A stretch of 24,762 bases of DNA from a virus (taxonomy: Duplodnaviria > Caudoviricetes): the IMG/VR virus record IMGVR_UViG_3300012665_000787, positions 1 through 24,762 of that record; one strand, given 5' to 3'. Shown here one piece after another: positions 1 through 9,694 of the stretch. The position numbers and the translations under genes are program-made. How positions within the stretch are numbered: the stretch's first letter is position 1; every line of letters begins with the position of its first letter. The notes beneath the pieces were generated by a model. It was not told the DNA's origin. It ran no database searches and was given only the letters and a program-made list of their open reading frames with translations.

Positions 1-951
1 CCAAACAGTGACGAAGATCAATTTGCATTAATATGGAAAGAAGCTGAAAAACGTTTTGACGAATTTGGTAATGAAGCTGACTTAGGTACTAACGGATTCC
101 ACTCATTTAAGGCACACTGGAGTGAACATCCAGATCGTGATGAAACTTGGGCTAACGAAGAAAAGGCACGTATTGGTGAAGAACGTTTCCGTCGTGAACA
201 CGAATGTGAATTCTTAATCTTTGACGAAACATTAATTAACAGTATTACCTTAAGCAATATGAAAGGTGAAGATCCAATACTTAAAATGGGACAAACCCGT
301 TGGTATGGAAAAGTTAAACCAGATAGAAACTATATTGTAGCAATGGACCCAAGTTTAGGTACTGGCGGAGACTATGCGGCTATTCAAGTGTTTGAATTAC
401 CAGGTATGATACAGATAGCTGAGTGGCACCACAATACTACACCTGTTCAAGGGCAAGTTAGAATACTGAGAGAAATTTGCAAATATATCAGTGAAAATTT
501 AGGGGCAACACAAAACAGTCCTAAAGTATATTACAGCGTAGAAAACAATACACTAGGCGAAGCCGCCCTAGTTGCCATTAACGAAATAGGGGAAGAGAAT
601 ATCCCAGGACTGTTTGTTAGTGAGCCAATTCGTAGAGGGCATGTGCGTAAATTCCGCAAAGGATTTAACACTACCCATAACAGCAAGATTTCTGCCTGTG
701 CTAAACTAAAGCAGTTAATTGAAACTAATACCATTAAAATTGCCAGCAAACCACTAATTTCTGAGCTTAAAGCATTTATTGCCGCAGGCATTACGTTTAA
801 AGCCAAAAGCGGGGAACATGACGATTTGGTCATGTGTATGTTGCTGGCCATTAGAATGCTGGGAGTATTAAGTGATTGGGATCCAGCAGTTTACGACCTA
901 CTACGCCATGGGGAAGAGGAGATTCTACCTATGCCCATATTCATGAGTTAA
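1..951 (+). CDS. terL: Terminase large subunit (T4 gp17-like), 5'-truncated; C-terminal nuclease domain
   Basis: Frame 1 is open from base 1 (PNSDEDQFALIW...WSEHPDRDETW...RFRREHECEF) into ORF 259..951. It carries RNase H-like nuclease motifs VAMDPSLGTGGDY, VENN and HDDLVM. Confidence 0.92.
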   Translation, partial: PNSDEDQFALIWKEAEKRFDEFGNEADLGTNGFHSFKAHWSEHPDRDETWANEEKARIGEERFRREHECEFLIFDETLINSITLSNMKGEDPILKMGQTRWYGKVKPDRNYIVAMDPSLGTGGDYAAIQVFELPGMIQIAEWHHNTTPVQGQVRILREICKYISENLGATQNSPKVYYSVENNTLGEAALVAINEIGEENIPGLFVSEPIRRGHVRKFRKGFNTTHNSKISACAKLKQLIETNTIKIASKPLISELKAFIAAGITFKAKSGEHDDLVMCMLLAIRMLGVLSDWDPAVYDLLRHGEEEILPMPIFMS

Positions 952-957
952 ACAACA

Positions 958-963
958 TAAATA
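958..963 (+). promoter_or_regulatory. T4-type late promoter-like TAAATA box, 5 nt before ATG 969
   Basis: cATAAATAgctatATG resembles the T4 late consensus TATAAATA. Confidence 0.6.
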
Positions 964-968
964 GCTAT

Positions 969-3659
969 ATGATTAACCAAGATATTATCGCACAAGATCT
1001 TTTTTATAAAATACGTGGCCGCTTCCCTAGTTTGGAAATGGGCGACGAAAAAGGTATGCCAACATTTGAAGCCACAAAGGGCAGATTCTTTGATTTTGAC
1101 GCAATATTTGAAGGTGTAAATTTAGGCAAGGTTAGTATTAACATTAAAGAACCCGGCCGTTTAAAGATTTACTTTAACCGCAATATATTGGAAAATGCAG
1201 ATGATTTTGTGGGCAAACAGTGGTTTAGTTTCTTAAAAGAAATGAGACGTTTTGCCATGAAAAGAATTATGAGTCTCGATGCACGAGACATCAGTAAGAG
1301 TAATTTAGATAAAAAAGATTTTGGCTACCTAGCCAACAAAGGACCAATTATGAGTGAATCAGCAATGTTTGGCACTAGCAGAACAAGTTACAAGCCATTA
1401 GACAATACCAAATTAATCATTATACATACTAACCCAGTAGATGAATCAATCCCTGGGGCACGTAGCAGACACATTAAGAGTCTTTTCGTTCAAAACAAAG
1501 ACGGAGAAAGATTCAAATATCCATTTATCCATAAATTAGGCGCAGAGTGTATGTTACGTCACGTAGCCAATGGCGGTTATCCACATGATGACATTGGTAT
1601 GAGTCTTGTTGAGATGAGTAAGCAAATTGCACACTTGTCCAGCTTCAAACGTTATGTTAGCAATCACGACTTGATGAATAGTGACACTAACCACATAGTG
1701 GGTCGAGCAAATGAAACATTACAGAATTTAAAAGAAACAATGCGTAGGTTGACCAAGCAACATCACTACGAAGCATATAAAGAAAGCATGAGCCAAATGT
1801 CTCCAACAATTGATACACCAATTGATGAAGTCACATTAGAAGATTATAAAAACAAATTTACAGTAAAAAGTTTCCAAGAAAACATCGCTGATGTTTTCCC
1901 AATTCTACACAAAATTATGCAAGAGACAAACGAACTAAACTTAGAAGATGTAGTAAGCGAAACTTTTCAAGACGAAGATCTAGATGAAAATATTGTAGTC
2001 TCACCAGATGATCAATTTAATGAATGGGCAAGTGAAGTTGTTGAAAATAGTTTAGACATGGGTGTAAATGAAGCCAATCTAGACAACGCCAGTAACGGCC
2101 CAATGCTTAAACACATTAGTGGTAATCAATTCCAATTAGAAGCAGACGGACAAGCATATACAGTAACCGCTGAAACAGAACGTGATGGCAGGGAATATGA
2201 TGATCCTGTTTATTGGACAGATGCAAGTATTACTGACTCAGGAGGTCAAAAAGTTGACAACCCTGTTTTAGAAGATGAAGTATTAGAAATGTTAGACAAT
2301 CAATTTGCTGATTTGGCATTTGAACTACAAAGCGATAATGATGCTGGCGCAGGTGACATGGCATATGATGCTTATAAAGATTCACAATATGAAGGGCAAG
2401 GTATGCACAATGAATTAAACGACATCCGCAAAATGGCCGGATTAAAACAACAAGAAATTACAGACGAAGGCAAGTTAGATGCCGCAGGTAAAGTATTAGG
2501 CAAATTAGGCGACATGGCTGGAAAAGTTGCTACAAGTGTTGCTTTAAATCCTGCATCAAGGGTAGCCGCCGCTGGTACTGCACTTGGTGGTACTGCCGTT
2601 TATCAAAATAATAAAACAGATGCAGAAAAAGCATCAGATAAAGCATCTTGGGATAAAGCTGGAACTATGAAGTTGCCTCAAGATAAACCTGAGCCAACAA
2701 AAGAAGAAATGGGCGATCAAACTCCAGAAGAGAAAAAAGCGGCCATTGAATATATGCAAACAGTTGCTCGTGCAATTAAGTCTGGCGAAATGCAAGCAAG
2801 CGATGTTGAACAAGAATTTTTTGACACATTGCCTATGATGGGTGTTAGTGACGAAAAAGTTATGGCGGCATGGGATCGTATCACAGGTAATACCACAGCA
2901 CCAAAACGTAGTGCAATGAGCGACAAAGACATTGATGCTGAACTAAAAGGTGTTAACAGCGGTGAAGAAGATGACGATGCATCTTTCCTAGCTAAACTAC
3001 GTAGCCAAGCTAAAGGTGGTAGCATTAAATCTGACGACACTGGCTTTGGTGCAGAGCGAGAAGGCAGAGAAGATATGGAAAGAACTGACGGGGACAAACT
3101 TGTTGAAAAAACAAGTAGTAAAGAAATTGCTCAATTCATCATGGGATTCTATGATAAAGAAACTGGCAAATTCCCATTAGGCGAAACAGGCGTTCAAGTT
3201 AAAGTTGAAAAAGAGTTTGGCGAAGAAGCAGGTCAACTAGCACAACAATTAATACAAAAATTAAGTCATCAAAGACACAGTCAAGAAGCGTATGAAGATT
3301 TACGTAGACTAAGTGGCTTACCACAATTAGTTGAAGCTAAGAAGAAAAAAGGCGACGGTAATTTGGCTAATAATGCCAAACCATACGACAAAGTTACTCA
3401 AGGCGATGTTGTTGCAGGACGTCTTGGCAAAGATGAAAAGGGTGGCAAAGCTACAAAAGAAGGCACTGAGCTAGATGATATCAAGGCATTGAGTGGTATT
3501 AAAGAAGCCAAAGGCAAATGTTGCTGTGAGACAAAGGGTGAAGATAAATGCCCAGTACACGGTAAAGTAGAAGAAGCTAAAGAAGAGAAAAAATGTAATC
3601 ATACTCCAAAAGGCAAAAAGTGTCCAGTACACGGCGTTAATGAGTGTATGGGCAAATAA
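969..3659 (+). CDS. Large acidic modular protein, probably virion or prohead-core associated (about 896 aa)
   Basis: Long ORF next to terL with its likely start at ATG 969 after the TAAATA box. It has a globular N-terminal part, an acidic low-complexity C-terminal part, repeated E(L)xxIxxLSG(L/I) motifs and two KCPVHG motifs. The function is inferred. Confidence 0.6.
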   Translation: MINQDIIAQDLFYKIRGRFPSLEMGDEKGMPTFEATKGRFFDFDAIFEGVNLGKVSINIKEPGRLKIYFNRNILENADDFVGKQWFSFLKEMRRFAMKRIMSLDARDISKSNLDKKDFGYLANKGPIMSESAMFGTSRTSYKPLDNTKLIIIHTNPVDESIPGARSRHIKSLFVQNKDGERFKYPFIHKLGAECMLRHVANGGYPHDDIGMSLVEMSKQIAHLSSFKRYVSNHDLMNSDTNHIVGRANETLQNLKETMRRLTKQHHYEAYKESMSQMSPTIDTPIDEVTLEDYKNKFTVKSFQENIADVFPILHKIMQETNELNLEDVVSETFQDEDLDENIVVSPDDQFNEWASEVVENSLDMGVNEANLDNASNGPMLKHISGNQFQLEADGQAYTVTAETERDGREYDDPVYWTDASITDSGGQKVDNPVLEDEVLEMLDNQFADLAFELQSDNDAGAGDMAYDAYKDSQYEGQGMHNELNDIRKMAGLKQQEITDEGKLDAAGKVLGKLGDMAGKVATSVALNPASRVAAAGTALGGTAVYQNNKTDAEKASDKASWDKAGTMKLPQDKPEPTKEEMGDQTPEEKKAAIEYMQTVARAIKSGEMQASDVEQEFFDTLPMMGVSDEKVMAAWDRITGNTTAPKRSAMSDKDIDAELKGVNSGEEDDDASFLAKLRSQAKGGSIKSDDTGFGAEREGREDMERTDGDKLVEKTSSKEIAQFIMGFYDKETGKFPLGETGVQVKVEKEFGEEAGQLAQQLIQKLSHQRHSQEAYEDLRRLSGLPQLVEAKKKKGDGNLANNAKPYDKVTQGDVVAGRLGKDEKGGKATKEGTELDDIKALSGIKEAKGKCCCETKGEDKCPVHGKVEEAKEEKKCNHTPKGKKCPVHGVNECMGK

Positions 3660-3717
3660 TGGTTTTTCCAGCAAATCTAAAAAAAGACATTATGGCAAAA
3701 AAATAATCACAATAGTA

Positions 3718-3746
3718 TTGACGAACTAAATAAAAGCGTATACAAT
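3718..3746 (+). promoter_or_regulatory. Sigma70-type promoter for the gp32-uvsX-uvsY operon, with an embedded TAAATA box at 3727-3732
   Basis: TTGACG (3718-3723), a 17-nt spacer, then TACAAT (3741-3746). Confidence 0.75.
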
Positions 3747-3828
3747 AACATGTATGCGCTTTCGTTTTATGTAGTTGCATAGAACGAGATAGGCAAATTA
3801 AAGGCACATATAAAAGGAGAAAACTATT

Positions 3829-4827
3829 ATGGCATCTTTAGCAGAAATTAGAGCAAAACTTCAAGAGCAAAACACCCGTCAGTCAGGCGGACAAACAGGT
3901 GGCGATAACGCCATTTTCCCACACTGGAATATAGCAGAAGGACAAGAAGTAACTGTCCGTTTCCTTCCAGACAACGATCCAAACAACACATTTTTCTGGG
4001 CAGAACGTGCCATGATCAAACTTCCATTCGCTGGAGTTAAAGGTCAAACGGATTCACGTCCAGTTACTGTACAAGTTCCTTGTATGGAAATGTGGGGCGA
4101 GACTTGCCCAATTTTGACTGAGGTTCGCCCTTGGTTTAAAGACAAATCCTTAGAGGATATGGGTCGTAAGTATTGGAAGAAAAAGTCTTATGTATTCCAA
4201 GGCTTTGTTGTTAATGCTGGTAACTTCAAAGAAGATCGTACACCAGAGAATCCAATTCGCAGATTCATTATTGGTCCACAAATTTTCAATATCATCAAAG
4301 GTGCTTTGATGGATAATGAGATTGAGGAATTGCCAACAGACATGATGCGTGGTTTGGACTTTAAAATTGTCAAAACTACCAAAGGTGGTTATGCAGACTA
4401 CAGCACATCAAAGTGGGGACGTCGTGAACGTGCTCTAGGCGATGATGAGCAGGATGCAGTTAAGGCAAATGGTCTATTCAACTTGCGTGACTTCTTACCT
4501 AAGAAGCCAGGTGAAGTAGAACTTAAGGTTATGAAAGAAATGTTTGAAGCGTCAGTTGACGGTGAAGCATTTGACATGGACCGTTGGGGACAATACTTCA
4601 AGCCAGCAGGTATGGCTAGTACTGGACGTAGTGCTGATCCAGAAGCAGATGTTGGCGCAGTAGATACTGCTCCAGTAGTTGCCAAGGCGGCACCAGTTGT
4701 TAAGGATGAGGACGATACTCCACCATTTGATGTTGATACACCAAAGGAAGAAGTAAAAGCTCCTAGCAGTGAAAGAGCGCAAGATATTCTTGCCGCAATT
4801 CGCGCACGTCAAAACAAACCACAATAA
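3829..4827 (+). CDS. gp32: Single-stranded DNA-binding protein (T4 gp32-like)
   Basis: Motifs VRFLPD, CMEMWGETCPI, YWKKKSY, GLDFKIVKT-KGGYADYSTSKW and a low-complexity acidic tail. SD AAGGAG is upstream, and the gene precedes uvsX. Confidence 0.88.
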   Translation: MASLAEIRAKLQEQNTRQSGGQTGGDNAIFPHWNIAEGQEVTVRFLPDNDPNNTFFWAERAMIKLPFAGVKGQTDSRPVTVQVPCMEMWGETCPILTEVRPWFKDKSLEDMGRKYWKKKSYVFQGFVVNAGNFKEDRTPENPIRRFIIGPQIFNIIKGALMDNEIEELPTDMMRGLDFKIVKTTKGGYADYSTSKWGRRERALGDDEQDAVKANGLFNLRDFLPKKPGEVELKVMKEMFEASVDGEAFDMDRWGQYFKPAGMASTGRSADPEADVGAVDTAPVVAKAAPVVKDEDDTPPFDVDTPKEEVKAPSSERAQDILAAIRARQNKPQ

Positions 4828-4844
4828 AATAGGAGGGCTTACGA

Positions 4845-5909
4845 ATGGCTAAGGCATTTGATGTGTCTAAGTTTCGTAAGACCCTCACTAAGTCTATTGA
4901 CGGACTTGGTGTTGGGTTTAACGATCCTACAGACTGGATTAGTACAGGTAATTACGCATTAAATTATCTAATCAGCAGTGACTTTAACAAAGGTATTCCT
5001 TTGGGAAAAGTTACAGTATTTGCTGGTGAAAGTGGAGCAGGTAAGAGTTATATCTGTTCTGGAAATATTGTGCGACACGCACAAGAGCAAGGCATTTATG
5101 TTGTCCTAGTTGACAGTGAAAATGCTCTTGACGAATCATGGTTACACGCACTAGGTGTAGATACTAGCGAAGAGAAATTACTTAAACTTAATATGGCAAT
5201 GATTGATGATGTTGCCAGAACTATTCATGAATTCATGAAAGAGTATAAGGAGATGTCAGATCGTCCTAAGGTTCTTTTTGTTATTGACTCACTTGGTATG
5301 TTGCTAACTCCAACTGATATTAACCAATTTGAAGCAGGTGATTTGAAAGGTGATATGGGTCGTAAACCCAAAGCACTAACAGCACTGGTTCGTAATTGTG
5401 TCAATATGTTTGGTAGTTACAATGTAGGTATGGTTTGTACAAATCACACATACGCAAGTCAGGATATGTTTGATCCAGATGACAAGATTAGTGGTGGACA
5501 GGGTTTTGTCTACGCATCTAGTATTGTTGTTGCAATGAAAAAACTTAAACTTAAAACAGACGCTGAAGGTAATAAGACCACAACCGTAAACGGTATCCGT
5601 GCGGCTTGTAAGATTATGAAAACTCGTTATGCTAAACCTTTTGAAACATTGCAAGTGGAGATTCCTTATGAAACAGGAATGAATCCTACAAGTGGTTTGG
5701 TTGACTTGTTTGAAGCTAAAGGGCTGTTGAAGAAAGAAGGCAATAGTCTTGTTTACACAACACCCGAAGGCGAAATAATTAAGCAATTTCGAAAAGCATG
5801 GGAAAAGAACGAAAAAGACGGTCTTAATATCATAATGGCTAATTACAGTACTTCTATTGCAAATAATAAAGCAAACGCAATTGAAGTTACTACAGAGGAA
5901 ATTGAATAA
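4845..5909 (+). CDS. uvsX: RecA/UvsX recombinase
   Basis: Walker A GESGAGKS, VDSENA, Walker B VIDSLG, NHTY and SGGQG. SD AGGAGG is upstream. Confidence 0.93.
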   Translation: MAKAFDVSKFRKTLTKSIDGLGVGFNDPTDWISTGNYALNYLISSDFNKGIPLGKVTVFAGESGAGKSYICSGNIVRHAQEQGIYVVLVDSENALDESWLHALGVDTSEEKLLKLNMAMIDDVARTIHEFMKEYKEMSDRPKVLFVIDSLGMLLTPTDINQFEAGDLKGDMGRKPKALTALVRNCVNMFGSYNVGMVCTNHTYASQDMFDPDDKISGGQGFVYASSIVVAMKKLKLKTDAEGNKTTTVNGIRAACKIMKTRYAKPFETLQVEIPYETGMNPTSGLVDLFEAKGLLKKEGNSLVYTTPEGEIIKQFRKAWEKNEKDGLNIIMANYSTSIANNKANAIEVTTEEIE

Positions 5910-5911
5910 TC

Positions 5912-6160
5912 ATGGATGAACAATTAATCATTGGCATTTGGGACTTGTTTAAAGAGTATATCCCAGCTAAAAACATGGACGTTGCCGCTAATCATTTTGT
6001 AGATTTTTTATCTGACAACGATGTTAGTAGTGGTGTACTTGGTGGGTTGCAGGGTATGGACAGTCACCTTGACGAAGCTATCAAAGTATTCTTGAAAGAA
6101 GAAGAAGGATACGATGATGAAATTGATGAAGAAGACTTGTACGAAGACGAGGACTATTAA
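5912..6160 (+). CDS. Small acidic hypothetical protein
   Basis: 82-aa ORF packed between uvsX and uvsY, with a D/E-rich tail and a TAATG overlap with the next gene. Confidence 0.75.
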   Translation: MDEQLIIGIWDLFKEYIPAKNMDVAANHFVDFLSDNDVSSGVLGGLQGMDSHLDEAIKVFLKEEEGYDDEIDEEDLYEDEDY

Positions 6161-6612
6161 TGTGGTATAACAAGGTCAGTAGGGATATTGCAGAATTACC
6201 TGCTTGCCTTGAGTACTATTATGACGAGATGGCAGAGGCACAAAAAGAATGCAAAATTTACGGCAGTCTTGAAAAGGCCTCTGCTGCCTTACCTGGCATA
6301 GTAGAGCAACGGTTTAATCAATTACAAGAAATTGAAGCAATTCTTGAGTATTTGAATATAGAATTACGCAGAATACGTTCAAAAACGTTTAGAAAATACT
6401 TAGAAAATTATCAACGTGCATTGAGTAGTAGAGACGTTGAAAAATATGTTGATGGTGAAGCAGACGTTATTGACTTTGAAAAATTAATTAATGAATTCGC
6501 CCTAATCAGAAATAAATGGTTAGGGATTATAAAAGGATTAGACATTAAGCAGTGGCAAATGAGTAATATTATCAAATTGCGTACTGCTGGAATGGAAGAT
6601 GTTACAATATGA
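6160..6612 (+). CDS. uvsY: Recombination mediator protein (UvsY-like)
   Basis: 150-aa helical protein with ALSSRDVEKYVDGE and IKGLDIKQWQMSNIIKLR-AG, typical of the UvsY C-terminus. It is syntenic with uvsX and uvsW. Confidence 0.8.
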   Translation: MWYNKVSRDIAELPACLEYYYDEMAEAQKECKIYGSLEKASAALPGIVEQRFNQLQEIEAILEYLNIELRRIRSKTFRKYLENYQRALSSRDVEKYVDGEADVIDFEKLINEFALIRNKWLGIIKGLDIKQWQMSNIIKLRTAGMEDVTI

Positions 6613-7034
6613 GTAGAGTAATTTACATTGGACTAATTGACGACAACTATACCAAGTGTGTAGATTTGATTCGCCGAAAAAGTGAGGAGTCCATTGTTAC
6701 TCTGCCAGTTGATCCAAGCCTTTTAAAAGATGCAGAGCATTTTAAGAAGGAAGATAACAGTTACTTAAAATTATATGTTCCTTTTTTGAATCGTTATAGT
6801 GGTTATGCGGCCTATGTCCATAGCGATTTTGTTCCTACTATGGACATAGATGCATATTTTAATCACGCAATCTTAAATGTTAAGAAACCAATTGTACATT
6901 ATATTGATCACGATGTTTGGATCTTTAATTGTGCAGATTCTTCGCTTAAAGAATTAAATCCTATAGCACTCAAACGTCAATCTTATCAAGATTTGATATC
7001 CCAAATTGGAATTGCAACCGTAAATAAAATTTGA
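6609..7034 (+). CDS. Hypothetical protein, degenerate GT-A glycosyltransferase-like
   Basis: ATGA overlap with uvsY. It begins VIYIG, and YVPFLNRYSGYAAYVHSDF resembles the RFLVPxLxxYxGxAxFxDxD segment of small GT8-like glycosyltransferases, but DxD has become HSD. Confidence 0.5.
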   Translation: MSRVIYIGLIDDNYTKCVDLIRRKSEESIVTLPVDPSLLKDAEHFKKEDNSYLKLYVPFLNRYSGYAAYVHSDFVPTMDIDAYFNHAILNVKKPIVHYIDHDVWIFNCADSSLKELNPIALKRQSYQDLISQIGIATVNKI

Positions 7035-7059
7035 CAATTCCATTTAGATCAAGTATAAT
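7031..7059 (+). promoter_or_regulatory. Perfect consensus sigma70 promoter
   Basis: TTGACA (7031-7036), a 17-nt spacer, then TATAAT (7054-7059). ATG 7066 follows 6 nt later. Confidence 0.85.
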
Positions 7060-7065
7060 CTTATT

Positions 7066-8247
7066 ATGGAATATATTGAAGACTTAGTCAAACTTTTCGC
7101 TAGTAAGTTACAATTGGGCAATTTTGACCAAAGAATTGCGTCAAGTCTTGCTGATCAAGCCTATAGAGAAAATCCATTTACGGAAAAACAAGCAGTCATT
7201 GCCTTACGACTTATTAAAAAATATCGTAGACAATTTGTTAATCTAGGAATCACTAATGTTGATTTGCTTTTAGATACTCCCAAATACAAATACCCGTTTC
7301 GAGTGGTTGATAGACGAAAAACTGCCGAAATTTTCAAAGAATTTGAAACAAAGAAAAAATTTATTTGTTTAAGATTTCCCTACAGCCAAGAAGTTGTGGA
7401 TAAAATTAAAAGTAACTACAACGCTATACAACAATCAAAATGGGATGGTGATAAAAAATATTGGTTGCTGAGTTTAGACGAAGAAAACATAAAATTGACC
7501 ATAAATTACCTCATTCCAAATGGATTTGAGTTGGACGACGAATTAACTGAATACGTTAATCAATACACACAAGTCCAAAATGACATGGAAAATTATTTGC
7601 CAATGTTGGATAAAGTTAACGGTGAATATGTCTTTAAAAATATCCGAGAAAAAGCAAAATTTAGTGATTTAGAGCTGGCATTACAGCAGGCAAGAATGTA
7701 TGCTATACCTGTTTTGTCAGATACTGTGATTGAAGATTTGCCTCAATTAAACATTGATAACGAGTTGTTAAAAATATATGTTAACACTGAAGTACAAAAT
7801 TTCTTCTTCAATAAAAATCAGTACGAAAAGTCAAAAATCGTCAAAATTGCCAAATCTTGGAACACTGAAACGGTGATATTTTTAAATGAAGGTATCGACC
7901 CATCAGTACTGGAAGATTGGATTTTGACATTGCAAGCGTGTGATGTTAAACTAGATGAAGTAGCAGTTTTGTTTAGACAAAAAAATGAAGACAGTGGTGA
8001 AGAATTTAACAATTTGATCAAAAATTACGGGTTGAATAAGGCAGTTTCTGAAAATCCTAAATGGATCTTTTTAGGAAGCAAATACCCTAAGAGCTTGGTC
8101 AAAAATAAAGTTCATCCATCAATTTGTATTTGTGAAAACAAATATGTAACACCGCACTACACAATTAAGAGTGCAATAAAAAACAGTATGATTAACCTTT
8201 TTTACGGTGATCATGACCCTAAGGAGAAAGACATTGTCGTCATGTAA
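7066..8247 (+). CDS. Hypothetical protein with a HARP-like motif, upstream of uvsW
   Basis: 393-aa ORF. LRFPYSQEVVDKIK...KWDGDKKYWLL resembles the HARP/annealing-helicase accessory motif. Confidence 0.65.
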   Translation: MEYIEDLVKLFASKLQLGNFDQRIASSLADQAYRENPFTEKQAVIALRLIKKYRRQFVNLGITNVDLLLDTPKYKYPFRVVDRRKTAEIFKEFETKKKFICLRFPYSQEVVDKIKSNYNAIQQSKWDGDKKYWLLSLDEENIKLTINYLIPNGFELDDELTEYVNQYTQVQNDMENYLPMLDKVNGEYVFKNIREKAKFSDLELALQQARMYAIPVLSDTVIEDLPQLNIDNELLKIYVNTEVQNFFFNKNQYEKSKIVKIAKSWNTETVIFLNEGIDPSVLEDWILTLQACDVKLDEVAVLFRQKNEDSGEEFNNLIKNYGLNKAVSENPKWIFLGSKYPKSLVKNKVHPSICICENKYVTPHYTIKSAIKNSMINLFYGDHDPKEKDIVVM

Positions 8248-9694
8248 AATTATTTTAAAAGACGAAGTTAATGTCAAAATTGAAGGATTAGACTTAGACA
8301 CTAGAAAAAAATTAGTATCTAAATTTAAGTACGAGTTACCTTATGCTAGACACATGCCAGCGTTTAAATTGGGACGTTGGGACGGAACTGTGAGCTTTTT
8401 TGGGCTTGGAGGAACAACGTATCTGAGTTTGTTAGATAGGATTTTACCTGAGTTAGAAAAGTATGGATACGATATTGATTTAGAAGATTTCCGTAATCCA
8501 ATTAAATTAGAATTTGAAAAAGTAACTGAAAGTTATTGGTCAGATTTAGGCAAAACATGGCCTAAAGGACACGTACATGAAGGCAAGCCTATTATGTTGC
8601 GTGACTATCAACCTGACGCAATTAACAAGTTTTTAGAAAATCCTCAAAGTTTACAAGAGTTAGCAACTGGTGCTGGTAAAACTATTATGACTGCAACAAT
8701 GAGTCATATGTGTGAGAAATATGGACGCACTATTGTTATTGTTCCTAACAAAGGCCTTGTGGAACAAACAGAAGAAGATTATATTAACGTTGGTTTAGAC
8801 GTTGGTGTTTATTACGGCGACAGAAAAGATTTAGATAAGACACATACTATTTGTACTTGGCAAAGTTTGAATGTACTTGAGAAAAAAGGCAAAGAATACG
8901 ATGACGCAATGAAACTAATTGAGTTCATTGAAGGTGTTGTTTGTGTTATTGTTGACGAAGTACACATGGCCAAAGCAGATGTGTTAAAGAATTTATTGAC
9001 AGGTGCATTTGCACATTGTCCAATACGTTGGGGACTTACTGGAACAGTTCCAAAAGCACAATACGAATTAGAAGGTATTGTTGCTAGTTTAGGCCCGGTC
9101 GTAGGCGGTATTGCGGCACACGAGTTACAAGAAGCAGGACACTTGGCTAACTGTCACGTTAATGTGGTACAGACACAAGAGTGGAAAGAATTTGGCGGTT
9201 ACGCAGAAGAATTAAAATATCTAGTAACTGACGAAGATAGAATGAAACACGTTTCGTCTATGATTAAAGCAATTAGTGAAACAGGTAATACACTTGTTCT
9301 AGTTGATAGAATTGAATGTGGCAGACAAATTACAGCCAATATTGAAGGCAGTGTGTTTGTTAACGGCACAGTTAAAACAACAGATAGGAAAACAGAATAT
9401 GATGAAGTTCGCACCAGTGTTGACAAAATTATTGTCGCGACCTATGGCGTTGCGGCTGTCGGTCTTAATATTCCTCGCATCTTTAATTTGGTACTTATTG
9501 AGCCTGGCAAATCGTTTGTCCGTGTTATTCAATCAATAGGACGTGGAATTCGTAAAGCTGAAGACAAAGACTTTGTACAAATATGGGATATGACTGCTAG
9601 TACAAAGTATGCTAAAAGACACTTAACAGAACGTAAGAAATTCTATAAGGAAGCAAAATATCCATTTACAATAGACAAGGTAAAATATCAATAA
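8234..9694 (+). CDS. uvsW: Superfamily 2 DNA helicase (UvsW-like)
   Basis: Motifs LRDYQ, LATGAGKT, DEVH, GLTGT and QSIGRGIR. The likely start is TTG 8234 behind SD AAGGAG (8221-8226), not 8207. Confidence 0.9.
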   Translation: MSSCKIILKDEVNVKIEGLDLDTRKKLVSKFKYELPYARHMPAFKLGRWDGTVSFFGLGGTTYLSLLDRILPELEKYGYDIDLEDFRNPIKLEFEKVTESYWSDLGKTWPKGHVHEGKPIMLRDYQPDAINKFLENPQSLQELATGAGKTIMTATMSHMCEKYGRTIVIVPNKGLVEQTEEDYINVGLDVGVYYGDRKDLDKTHTICTWQSLNVLEKKGKEYDDAMKLIEFIEGVVCVIVDEVHMAKADVLKNLLTGAFAHCPIRWGLTGTVPKAQYELEGIVASLGPVVGGIAAHELQEAGHLANCHVNVVQTQEWKEFGGYAEELKYLVTDEDRMKHVSSMIKAISETGNTLVLVDRIECGRQITANIEGSVFVNGTVKTTDRKTEYDEVRTSVDKIIVATYGVAAVGLNIPRIFNLVLIEPGKSFVRVIQSIGRGIRKAEDKDFVQIWDMTASTKYAKRHLTERKKFYKEAKYPFTIDKVKYQ

